Below, one piece after another: positions 18,372 to 26,461 of a stretch of DNA of 28,917 nt. Origin of the DNA: a virus (Duplodnaviria > Caudoviricetes); the IMG/VR virus record IMGVR_UViG_3300036719_000099, positions 1 to 28,917 of that record. One strand, written 5' to 3'. The position numbers were made by a program, and so were the translations under genes. Every line of letters begins with the position of its first letter. The first letter of the stretch is position 1. The notes under the pieces were generated by a model. The model worked only from the letters and a program-made list of their open reading frames with translations. It made no database searches and had not been told where the DNA came from.

Positions 18372-18793
18372 GCTGTGAGATCCGCGACTTGCGTGCGATA
18401 AAGCACGTCGTACTCACAAGAGATTACTCCGGCAGGCTGATCAGCCTCAACCATATTGAAAGTCGTCAAAGCTGGCTGGATGTCAATTGCCAGTCCGCCC
18501 AATGTCAGATCAGCCATTAACTTGCTGTGCATATCCACAATTGTTGGGTCAGCAAGTTGATCAGGCACGTTGCCACGCACGATCACCACCACACGAACGC
18601 GCATGGTCGCATCTAGCTTTGGCAGGCTGGTGTTCTGTTCATACGTGATCGTCGCAGGCTCAATCACAATCGCAGGCGTTTCAGCCCTCGCCATTGCTTC
18701 AACACGACTACGCCAGATCCGTGTACCAGCGCCTGCTGTTCCTTGCAATGCGGTGTAAATCGCTGCGAGGATTTGCTCTCGTTTACTTGCCAT
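18368..18793 (-). CDS. Tail terminator / tail completion protein
   Basis: 141 aa, SKREQILAAI...IWRSRVEA...LMADLTLGGLAIDI...YDVLYRT; positioned upstream of the tail tube. Confidence 0.78.
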   Translation of the reverse strand: MASKREQILAAIYTALQGTAGAGTRIWRSRVEAMARAETPAIVIEPATITYEQNTSLPKLDATMRVRVVVIVRGNVPDQLADPTIVDMHSKLMADLTLGGLAIDIQPALTTFNMVEADQPAGVISCEYDVLYRTQVADLTA

Positions 18794-18932
18794 TGATGAA
18801 TCCCGGCGGACCTGGGTCGCAACCCTTAGTCAGTATCGCAACAGCACGCTTGTAGTAGTAGCAGTCCGTTTTACCTGCACGCTCTAAGGCTTCCTTCACC
18901 TTGGCCCAGTTGGCGCGGGTGTCGGCATCCAT
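18783..18932 (-). CDS. 49-aa cyanophage-type hypothetical protein
   Basis: Manual translation MDADTRANWAKVKEALERAGKTDCYYYKRAVAILTKGCDPGPPGFINGK; TAATG overlap upstream; fills the gap exactly. Confidence 0.8.
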   Translation of the reverse strand: MDADTRANWAKVKEALERAGKTDCYYYKRAVAILTKGCDPGPPGFINGK

Positions 18933-19549
18933 TACGCAACCTCAACAGCCACAAGCCGAGCCCGGCCAAGAGTGATGTCCACATTGCTGCTGTGGTTGGC
19001 AATGAACAGCGCCACCTCGTCGCCAGCAGCCATGCTGATGATCCAATTGGTAACCAGCTTGGCTTCCTCCGCGCCGGAACCTGTAAAAGCGCGGCACTCG
19101 GTTTGATCTATGGCAGTGCCATTCTTAGCCAGTTTGATACCGAGGATCTTGTTGTTGCCGCTGACAGTTTTGGCGTCGATGCTGCCGTAGATCTGCATCA
19201 GCTTGGTGCTGCCGCTAGTGTTCTTCACCGCAAATGCGTTGGTGGTGCCAAGCGTCATGCCGTTGGCTGTGGTGCTGTCAAAGGTGCCAGTAAGACCAGT
19301 GGAAACGTAGACGCCCTGCGTAACTATGTCGATGGTGCCAGCGTCCATCTTGCTCACCTGGCCGCGCACCACCGCCCCTGCCGCTGTTAAGTAATAAGAC
19401 AATGCAGACCAAGCGCTGCTGCCATTACCGACCTTGAAGTTGCGGGTGTCAGTCTCGATGCCAACCTCCCCCAACAAAAGCACGGGATTCGCTGCTGTCC
19501 ATGCAGAGGCTGTATCACGCCGAAGCCGAAGTCGTGCTGTGCTGCTCAT
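18932..19549 (-). CDS. Mtd N-terminal-domain fibre/spike protein with a C-terminal beta-sandwich
   Basis: RLRLRRDTASAWTAANPVLLLGEVGIETDTRNFKVGNGSSAWSALSY matches the Mtd_N/hyaluronidase-N pattern; C-terminus is C1q/BclA-like (MAAGDEVALFIAN). Confidence 0.82.
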   Translation of the reverse strand: MSSTARLRLRRDTASAWTAANPVLLLGEVGIETDTRNFKVGNGSSAWSALSYYLTAAGAVVRGQVSKMDAGTIDIVTQGVYVSTGLTGTFDSTTANGMTLGTTNAFAVKNTSGSTKLMQIYGSIDAKTVSGNNKILGIKLAKNGTAIDQTECRAFTGSGAEEAKLVTNWIISMAAGDEVALFIANHSSNVDITLGRARLVAVEVA

Positions 19550-19983
19550 GCCGCCCCGCTGTCAAATACGTTCTCATCAGCGTAAACGGTACTTGCGCCA
19601 CCACCGTCAACAACAGAGTCGAGCTGCACCACGGGTGCTACCGGAATATCGCTATCAGCATCATCACCATTGATCGGCGTGAAACTCGTCTGATATGGCG
19701 TCTCAACAGAACGCTGAAGCATCAACTCGACAAACTTGCCGTCATCCATAAATTGCACATTCCGCACCGTGTAAGCCGCGCCATTGACCGAAACCTGCGA
19801 GCCGTTCAACAGATCGCCAAACTCAGATGCCTTTGCTGTCACCTTGTAGTCCGTAGTCAAGATCACGCCATCAGCGATGATCTCGCTTGGCATATCAAAA
19901 ATGCCAATGCCGCTTACATCGCCTGCCGTTACTGGCACGCCGAAATCGGCCAAAAACAGATCCAGGTCTTCGCTGAATGCCAT
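19546..19983 (-). CDS. Head-tail joining protein (gpFII-like) with an acidic C-terminal extension
   Basis: FSEDLDLFLADFGVPVT...GIFDMP...VNGAAYTVRNV..MDDGKFVELML; about 45 additional acidic residues at the C-terminus. Confidence 0.78.
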   Translation of the reverse strand: MAFSEDLDLFLADFGVPVTAGDVSGIGIFDMPSEIIADGVILTTDYKVTAKASEFGDLLNGSQVSVNGAAYTVRNVQFMDDGKFVELMLQRSVETPYQTSFTPINGDDADSDIPVAPVVQLDSVVDGGGASTVYADENVFDSGAA

Positions 19984-20032
19984 GACTACATGGTAGCGGC
20001 CTCGCTATTGTTCAGCCACTGGTGGTGTGGCA

Positions 20033-20353
20033 ATGCTTTCAACCAAGTACCGCCTGCGCCTGGAAGCAATCTGTGCCCGCATTGCAGCGCAGCAACCAGT
20101 CGAGCTGCAAGATCGCATCTGGGCAAACAAGCTTGGCGAGGTCAATCGCACTGCAGCCTCAATGCTGCGGCAAGCGCAACGCCGAGCGCAAAACCCTGAA
20201 ATGCACGAAGGAAGCCTTGATGACTTCCTCAATCAACTTGACATCGGAGGAGTTGGCGACGAAGCCAAGGGCATTCGTCGTTTCAACAGCCCAGATGAAA
20301 TCGCAGACTTCTTTCGGCAAGACAAACCTGAGGACTGGCGGCAGCGAGACTGA
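20033..20353 (+). CDS. Conserved cyanophage-type hypothetical protein on the opposite strand
   Basis: MLSTKYRLRLEAIC...IWANKL...GSLDDFL...F.SPDEIADFFRQDKPEDWRQRD; fills a gap with no credible minus-strand gene; resembles a family I recall from cyanomyoviruses. Confidence 0.85.
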   Translation: MLSTKYRLRLEAICARIAAQQPVELQDRIWANKLGEVNRTAASMLRQAQRRAQNPEMHEGSLDDFLNQLDIGGVGDEAKGIRRFNSPDEIADFFRQDKPEDWRQRD

Positions 20354-20506
20354 TCAGAATTCGCAGGCGATGGTATCGCCGCTTTCCATCAACAAGTAGT
20401 CGCCATTTTCCAGCTGGAAATGGCTGACGACTATCAGCGTCAAGTTGTAGATCATGTCAAGAGCGCCAGGACCTAAAAGCCCACGGCCACGCAGCAGATC
20501 TTCCAT
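20354..20506 (-). CDS. 50-aa protein ending in an LLxEDG-type motif
   Basis: Manual translation MEDLLRGRGLLGPGALDMIYNLTLIVVSHFQLENGDYLLMESGDTIACEF; starts 1 nt after the upstream stop and abuts the convergent gene. Confidence 0.68.
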   Translation of the reverse strand: MEDLLRGRGLLGPGALDMIYNLTLIVVSHFQLENGDYLLMESGDTIACEF

Positions 20507-20507
20507 G

Positions 20508-20846
20508 TCACATCGTCCCCACCTTGCAGCTAACCGTTGGCGTGCCGCCAGTAATAGACACCAGCCTCAGTCTTACGAATGACACAGGTGCCATCAGGTA
20601 ATAGGCGGTCGTGCCATTCGCTGAAAGTGTCGTATCGGTATTCGTGGCGTTCAGGTTGAAATAATTCGTGCCATCCAGGCTCCCCTCAAGCCGAATAACG
20701 ACACTCGTTCCCACATCAGCCAACGTCACCTGAAAGGTCAGTGTTGCGCCAGTTGTCGCCTGAGCAGTGGTGACACCAGTTCCACTCAGCGAGCCAAGGT
20801 CAGCAACGTCAAAAATGCTGTTATACCCAAAAGGCACATGCGTCAT
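20508..20846 (-). CDS. Small beta-sandwich virion protein (putative head spike base/decoration)
   Basis: 112 aa, Thr-rich, VVIRLEGSLDGTNYF...FVRLRLVS; RBS AGAGGA. Confidence 0.65.
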   Translation of the reverse strand: MTHVPFGYNSIFDVADLGSLSGTGVTTAQATTGATLTFQVTLADVGTSVVIRLEGSLDGTNYFNLNATNTDTTLSANGTTAYYLMAPVSFVRLRLVSITGGTPTVSCKVGTM

Positions 20847-20880
20847 GTCATCCTCTTTGCTACCAACAGCCTACCAATGG

Positions 20881-20911
20881 AAAGCCCCACCCCACTTGAG
20901 TGGGATGGGGC
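20881..20911 (-). terminator. Rho-independent terminator after the capsid/decoration genes
   Basis: Minus strand GCCCCATCCCAC-TCAA-GTGGGGTGGGGC followed by TTT. Confidence 0.75.
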
Positions 20912-20927
20912 AACCAATCACTCAAGA

Positions 20928-21338
20928 TCAGGCGTACTTCAGCACGGCAACAGCATTGACGCTATAGACATGAGTCGAGGTGTCCACAGTGGACACAGCC
21001 TTGATCCAGCGCTTGGCAACACCCTTGGGGAACACCAGGAACTGCTTAGAGGCAGTGGTGCTCACCTGAGCGAAGGCAACAGTGCCGGAAGCCTGCTCAA
21101 CGCCACCACGGCTGAACACAGTGGTGATGTCGGTGTAATCTCCTGACTCAGTGTCAGAAGACTGCAGCTTCACGTTCAGGGTCGAAGTACCACCGTTGGC
21201 GACATCAAGAATTACGACGACATCGCCTTCGTAGTTCTTCATGTCAACGGCAGTGCCGTTAAGAGCGCTGGTGCGGCTTGCAGTAGGCGCAAACGCAACA
21301 TGAGACAGTTTTTCCAGACCAGTAGAAAGAATGGCCAT
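20928..21338 (-). CDS. Capsid decoration / cement protein
   Basis: 136 aa jelly-roll-like sequence (NGTAVDMKNYEGDVVVILDV...LNVKLQSSDT...KRWIKAV), downstream of the capsid gene. Confidence 0.65.
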   Translation of the reverse strand: MAILSTGLEKLSHVAFAPTASRTSALNGTAVDMKNYEGDVVVILDVANGGTSTLNVKLQSSDTESGDYTDITTVFSRGGVEQASGTVAFAQVSTTASKQFLVFPKGVAKRWIKAVSTVDTSTHVYSVNAVAVLKYA

Positions 21339-21341
21339 GAT

Positions 21342-21656
21342 TTACTCCTTGGAGGAACGGGGTTTGCGGGTACGTCGCATGGACGCATTTTCCACGACCT
21401 CCACAACTTCTTCAGGAGCAAGCTCCTCTTCAGTTTGGAGTGTGGTCTCCACTGGCTCAAGCACAGGCTCAAGCTCAGTGGCAACTTCAGGCGCGATCTC
21501 AACAGGTGCGGTTTCTGCTGACAGCCCCTCCACCACCGCAGCGGCTTTATTGGAGCTGATCAGCAGAAAGGCATCATTTGCCTCCAGATCAAGGATGGAG
21601 CCCACCTCGGCGGGCTCTCCTTTGATCATTACGCCTCGCAGGATCTCAACCTTCAT
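21342..21656 (-). CDS. Small head-associated protein with an acidic low-complexity tail
   Basis: MKVEILRGVMIKGEPAEVGSILDL...AFLLISSNKA, then Glu/Pro-rich linker and basic end; typical gene after the major capsid gene. Confidence 0.7.
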   Translation of the reverse strand: MKVEILRGVMIKGEPAEVGSILDLEANDAFLLISSNKAAAVVEGLSAETAPVEIAPEVATELEPVLEPVETTLQTEEELAPEEVVEVVENASMRRTRKPRSSKE

Positions 21657-21661
21657 GATGA

Positions 21662-24343
21662 TCAGGTGCCGTAGCAGAAGGCGCCGGGCTGCTTAACAGC
21701 CACGTCGAGGTCTTGATGGGCAATCACGCGCACGGTGCCAGCAGTGGCCCCAGCGTAGGGATCAACCATCAGGTCCAGACCGGACCACATGCCCATCACC
21801 ATCTGGCTGAAGTCACCGAACAGAGCATCGTTGCTCAGCAGTTGGTTGGAGACGATCACCGGATAACCGTTGACCTCGTTGTTCTCCCACACAAAGGAAG
21901 CCTCGGTGCCGGCCTTGCTGGTGGACTTCAGGAGGCCACGAGCGGTGGCGTTCATGATGTACCGCAGCGAACCCACGTCAGCGTTAGCAACAGCAACGTC
22001 GGTCTCCATCGCAATCAGCTGCACAAAGGTGCCAGCGTTGGTCAGGGTCTCAGTGCCGATGCCAGTGGTGTTGATCAGACCCAGAGGCTGGTTGGTGGAG
22101 CCAGTGCCGTACATGGCAGCACGGTCAACTTCCAGAGCGATCACACGAGCCAGGTCGTTACGGATCATGCCCTCAACGTCGATGCTCGACTGGAGCAGCA
22201 GACGACGGCTGTAGTCCACAAAAGCGGCCACAGTCTTGGGGGTCATGTTGACCTGATCAATCGCTTGCTGCGATTCGGTCGGAGCAACGTTCTCACCCAC
22301 CCAGTAAGCAGTGGCGGCGCTGGTCTGACGGGGGATCGAGATGTTGCCCTGCAGGCCAGTCAGCATCGTCACGCCAGCCTGGGCCAGTGCCAGACGGTTG
22401 CGGAGCAGATCAATGAAGCTGCCAGCAAGCAGTTCATCAGCCACCAAGTTGCCGCCGGAAGCGGGGATGTCCACCACCAGATCACGACGCAGCACCTCGT
22501 TCGGCACCACGATGCCGTTTGAAGAGCGCTCGTACTTGGAAGCGGCAGCCTTACCAACCTCAATCTCAAATTCAGCAGAGCGACGGGCGCTTGCATCACC
22601 AGGATTGGCCAGGTAGTTCAGAGCCTTGATGAAGCTGAAGCGCTTCACCTCTTTCTTGTCCAGACCCAGATCGTTCTGAGTCATGTCTTGAGAGCGAATA
22701 GGTTGTTCCATGGGGGCTTGGCCGAGTTTGTCGAGGACAGAAGCACGCGCTTCATCGAGGGTGCGACCACCATCGATCAATTCGCGGGCCAGATCTTGCA
22801 GCTGGTGCTTTTCGCCCAGTGCGGTGATGGCGGCGATACGGCTCCGCTCGGCCTCGACGGCCTTGGACCGGATCACCTCCACATCAGGGGTGTTGTTCTC
22901 CATTTGAACCTCAGGTTCGGGTGATGCGGCGGAGGCCGCTTGACTGCGCACTTCCTCCTGAATGGATTCAGTGACTTCAGTTTCGATCTTAGTCTCCTCG
23001 GGTTGCATAGTTTGCTCCGGAATGAGTGAACGTCCTACGCCCACCGTCGGATCGGCGGGAATAGAAACAACGCTGATTTCATAAGGAGACCAGCTCGTGG
23101 CGACCATTGCGCCGTCGCGCTCTTGCATTTCATCAATTGAATAGCCGAAGCTCACGCCACGCAAAATGCCATCGCGCACGTCATCAAGGATCTCTTGAGC
23201 AGCCTTGCTGCGGCTGAAACGCACTTTTGCGTAACCACGCCTCTTCTGACCGTCAACCCAAGCGCGTTCAACCACGCCCAGTACACGATCAGGATCATGG
23301 TTAAACAGCAGCGGTGCGCCATCGTTCAACCGCTCAAGGACTGCTGCATCCATTTCATGGCTCAGCACTTCCTTCCCGAAATACCGTTCAACCGGATACT
23401 CCGAGCTGAACGGGAATTCCATCACCCGCTCTTCAATAGAACGAAACTGAGTGGCCTCAGTACGTTGATACTTGCCGGTGTAGTCCCGCTTGTCATCCAT
23501 AGACCTCAATGCCTCAATTTTGGTCAGCGTACTGAAGCGATGACCGACAAGGGTCTCCGTTTCTTGCCATTCATTATCGCTGTCCTGCCTATAGATACGA
23601 ATCAATGCCGCTGGATCTTCAGCCGTTGCATTGATGCTGAAGCTGCTTTCGGGCACGCCCAGCACCCCCTCACGCATCACATGCTCGATACGGCCTCGTG
23701 CCGTACCGCCTGAGCTATTCCATGACACAAAATCACCTTCCTTCAGTGCATCAGGCGCTGCACGCAACTCACGCTCGCCTGTTGCCTCCTCAAATTCAAT
23801 TGGCTCATAGTCACGGTCACTGAGCCATTTGCGGGCTTCAGCAGCCGTGAACTGGCTCAAACGGAAACGGATCGCCTGCAGTTCAGCGCCTTCCTCTCCT
23901 TCCTTGATGCCAAAAATGAAGTCCACACCTTCACCAGCCGCATCGTTACGGCGACGAAAGCTGTCGTACTGCCCAGGATCACGCAATCGAGCAGCATGTT
24001 CATTGGGATAGGGGCGTTCTTCGTTCATGATGCGATCCATCTTTGCAACAAGGCTATCTGCCCAAGCTTTACCAGGATCACCACCCCATGCTGCCCATGC
24101 CACCCTGCCGGGCGATGGATAACCCTCTTCACCAGGACTGAAGCCTTGACCTTGCTTGTCAACTTCATGACGAGCAAACCATGCACTCATCGTCACGATC
24201 GTCTCATCACTCAATTCTTCACCACTGAGAATCTGCCCAGCACGCCGCGCAGCAACCTCAGTGCCACCCTTGCGGCCCTCTTCCTTCCACTCCCGATAAC
24301 GACGCGCTTCCTCGCGCATCCCTTCAGTTGGCATTGCGCTCAT
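21662..24343 (-). CDS. Fused prohead protease + scaffold + HK97-fold major capsid protein, with three extra N-terminal domains
   Basis: Protease: FSSEYPV...LLFNHD...GVSFGY...PYEISVVSIPADPTVGVGRS. Capsid: GGNLVADELLAGSFIDLLRN...AYWVGE...TPKTVAA...SRRLLLQSS...FGDFSQ...DVAVKQPGAF. Confidence 0.93.
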   Translation of the reverse strand: MSAMPTEGMREEARRYREWKEEGRKGGTEVAARRAGQILSGEELSDETIVTMSAWFARHEVDKQGQGFSPGEEGYPSPGRVAWAAWGGDPGKAWADSLVAKMDRIMNEERPYPNEHAARLRDPGQYDSFRRRNDAAGEGVDFIFGIKEGEEGAELQAIRFRLSQFTAAEARKWLSDRDYEPIEFEEATGERELRAAPDALKEGDFVSWNSSGGTARGRIEHVMREGVLGVPESSFSINATAEDPAALIRIYRQDSDNEWQETETLVGHRFSTLTKIEALRSMDDKRDYTGKYQRTEATQFRSIEERVMEFPFSSEYPVERYFGKEVLSHEMDAAVLERLNDGAPLLFNHDPDRVLGVVERAWVDGQKRRGYAKVRFSRSKAAQEILDDVRDGILRGVSFGYSIDEMQERDGAMVATSWSPYEISVVSIPADPTVGVGRSLIPEQTMQPEETKIETEVTESIQEEVRSQAASAASPEPEVQMENNTPDVEVIRSKAVEAERSRIAAITALGEKHQLQDLARELIDGGRTLDEARASVLDKLGQAPMEQPIRSQDMTQNDLGLDKKEVKRFSFIKALNYLANPGDASARRSAEFEIEVGKAAASKYERSSNGIVVPNEVLRRDLVVDIPASGGNLVADELLAGSFIDLLRNRLALAQAGVTMLTGLQGNISIPRQTSAATAYWVGENVAPTESQQAIDQVNMTPKTVAAFVDYSRRLLLQSSIDVEGMIRNDLARVIALEVDRAAMYGTGSTNQPLGLINTTGIGTETLTNAGTFVQLIAMETDVAVANADVGSLRYIMNATARGLLKSTSKAGTEASFVWENNEVNGYPVIVSNQLLSNDALFGDFSQMVMGMWSGLDLMVDPYAGATAGTVRVIAHQDLDVAVKQPGAFCYGT

Positions 24344-25860
24344 GGTTGCTCCTCAACAGCAGGTGGTGGTGGTGCCACCGCACCAAGCAAGTCCTTGTCC
24401 AAGGTGACGCCCGCCGCATCGGCAACACTTTGCTCACGAGCAAGCTCCGCCACATTGTCGTCAAAGTCACCGCCACCCGATTGCGCAATGATCTGCGCCT
24501 TAGTCATGTAACCAGCTTGCTCAGCTTCACGGTATGCCTTGACCTCCTTGAGCGGATCAACCCAGCTCCATCCACGGGTCAGCCACTTGGGATTGTCGTA
24601 CCGCTCAGGGCGCAGCTCATAATCCTGAAATGGCAGCTCACCGGCCAACACCGCAAGGTTCAGCCACTCGCGGTAGATCCGCATGTGAAAATTCTCAATC
24701 AGATAGTTCTGCACTACCCGCCAATGCTCACGATCCTCCAGCAACGACAGCCTGCTGCTTGAGTAATTGGTTTCCGAGAAATCCCTGCTCAGGGTCTCGT
24801 AAGAGCAACCAAAGCCTGATGCGAATCGCCGCACCTTGTTGCGGACAAACATGTCAAACTGCTGATCCGGTGAGTCAATGTTCGGCACAGTCACGTTCTC
24901 GCCTGGCGCCAGATATTTGAACGTTCCAGGCTCAAACTCGCTGATCCTTTGATTGTTCTCGATGTCGTCTGGCGTTAGCTCACCTTCATTATTTGTAATG
25001 AATCCCATCAAGCTGGCGCCCGCACGAGCACGAATCACCGCTGCCTCTTCATACCCTTGCAGTTGATGGGCATCGGCCATCACTGCATGGAACCAAGGCA
25101 CTCCACGGTTCTGCCCGGGCCTTTCTGGTAGGAACAGGTGAATGACATCCTCAGCAGGCAGGAACACATGCTTCTCGTTCCGCTGCTTGCCGTTCTGGAA
25201 CCAGTAATCACCTGGATGCCGCGTCAGCATCGCGTACCGCACGGGGCGGCCCCATTCATTCACTTCAACGCCATTGCGCCACTCATTACCCGCAGCAAGC
25301 GTTCCGCCTTGATATTCCTCATCAAGCATGTCGGACTCAAGAATCTGCAGCGCCAGCGGCACACTTGACCCGCCAAATGAACGCCGCACGATCCGAAACA
25401 GTGCTTCACCACTCTCCGGCAAGGCACCAGTGGCGAGCCATTCCAAATCGTGGAAGCTATACCGCCCAGCCACATCGCAATGCTCCTTACGGCACCACGT
25501 CTTCCACTTGCCCTCAATCAACTTGTTGATTCGCTCGTCACGACGGTTGCCGCGCAGCAGCATCACCTGCGCCTGCAGTGCTACCCCAGTGCCTACAACG
25601 TTGATCTGGGTTGTGCGCTTCGCTTGCTTTGCATATGGATTGTTCCGCACCATCTCGCGGGAACGATCCCGCAACTTCCGCAGACTGGTGCGAATCTCCG
25701 CGTCCGCGCTGGTTTGCGTTGCCAACCAGTCAGCAGTCAGTCGGCTGATAATTGCGCCTTGATACGTCCGCTTTAGCTTGCGTGGTGCCGCCTGTGCCAA
25801 AGGCGCAGCCTTGGACTTGCCAAAACCAAGAGCATGACTGATGCGGTCGCGGAAGCCCAT
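24340..25860 (-). CDS. Portal protein, lambda family
   Basis: LRDRSREMVRNNPYA, ERPGQNRGVPW, NYSSSRLSLLE, WSWVDPLKE. Confidence 0.95.
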   Translation of the reverse strand: MGFRDRISHALGFGKSKAAPLAQAAPRKLKRTYQGAIISRLTADWLATQTSADAEIRTSLRKLRDRSREMVRNNPYAKQAKRTTQINVVGTGVALQAQVMLLRGNRRDERINKLIEGKWKTWCRKEHCDVAGRYSFHDLEWLATGALPESGEALFRIVRRSFGGSSVPLALQILESDMLDEEYQGGTLAAGNEWRNGVEVNEWGRPVRYAMLTRHPGDYWFQNGKQRNEKHVFLPAEDVIHLFLPERPGQNRGVPWFHAVMADAHQLQGYEEAAVIRARAGASLMGFITNNEGELTPDDIENNQRISEFEPGTFKYLAPGENVTVPNIDSPDQQFDMFVRNKVRRFASGFGCSYETLSRDFSETNYSSSRLSLLEDREHWRVVQNYLIENFHMRIYREWLNLAVLAGELPFQDYELRPERYDNPKWLTRGWSWVDPLKEVKAYREAEQAGYMTKAQIIAQSGGGDFDDNVAELAREQSVADAAGVTLDKDLLGAVAPPPPAVEEQP

Positions 25861-25862
25861 GA

Positions 25863-26441
25863 TCAAGCGTTGAATCGAACGAACATATTCCGTGGATTGC
25901 CTAAACCATTGGCAATCATCTCAGCTTGCTTTTCACGAGCCACATCAGCCTTCAACTTGCCTTCAAGCTGCAACAGCTCGGCCAGGTCATATCGTTTGAT
26001 GCTGCGATTACCAATCCGGTACTCCTTGGTGCTACCACCAGCAAGCAGCGTCCTGATCGCACTCTGTACGGCCTCTAGATCCTTCTCAGCCTGGCTGCGA
26101 CCGTCATAAGCGGTAGCCGTACCCGTATAAGCAAGGCTTGGCTCCAGTGTCAGTGAGCCGCTTCCCAGCGTTGTGTTGCTGGAGTCGCTGATCTTGGTGG
26201 CAACCGCCTGCCAGTAATAGATGGTTGGCGCCGTGACACTTTCATTCACCACCCAGGTGAATCGCCACTCACTGCCTTGCGCAGTCGCAGTCAGAGTCTC
26301 TGCTGCTGCACTCGCATTGGCACGCAGGTAATACACCAGCGTGTGGTTCGTGGCGTCAACTGCTTGGCCGAACACATCCACCGTTGGCTCGTCAAGCCAA
26401 ATCACGGTGTCACCGTTCCGTGCTGATTGCGGAATCTTCAT
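25863..26441 (-). CDS. Head completion/adaptor protein (gpW-like C-terminus with an N-terminal beta domain)
   Basis: Start MKIPQ (ATG 26441); C-terminal DLEAVQSAI...KEYRIGNRSIKRYDLAELLQL; lies between terL and portal as in lambda. Confidence 0.8.
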   Translation of the reverse strand: MKIPQSARNGDTVIWLDEPTVDVFGQAVDATNHTLVYYLRANASAAAETLTATAQGSEWRFTWVVNESVTAPTIYYWQAVATKISDSSNTTLGSGSLTLEPSLAYTGTATAYDGRSQAEKDLEAVQSAIRTLLAGGSTKEYRIGNRSIKRYDLAELLQLEGKLKADVAREKQAEMIANGLGNPRNMFVRFNA

Positions 26442-26461
26442 GTCCTGCAGTCTAAACCCGC

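Noticed and set aside
18932-19549. Diversity-generating retroelement suggested by the Mtd_N domain
   Set aside because: No reverse transcriptase, no TR/VR repeat pair and no C-type lectin domain seen in the window.
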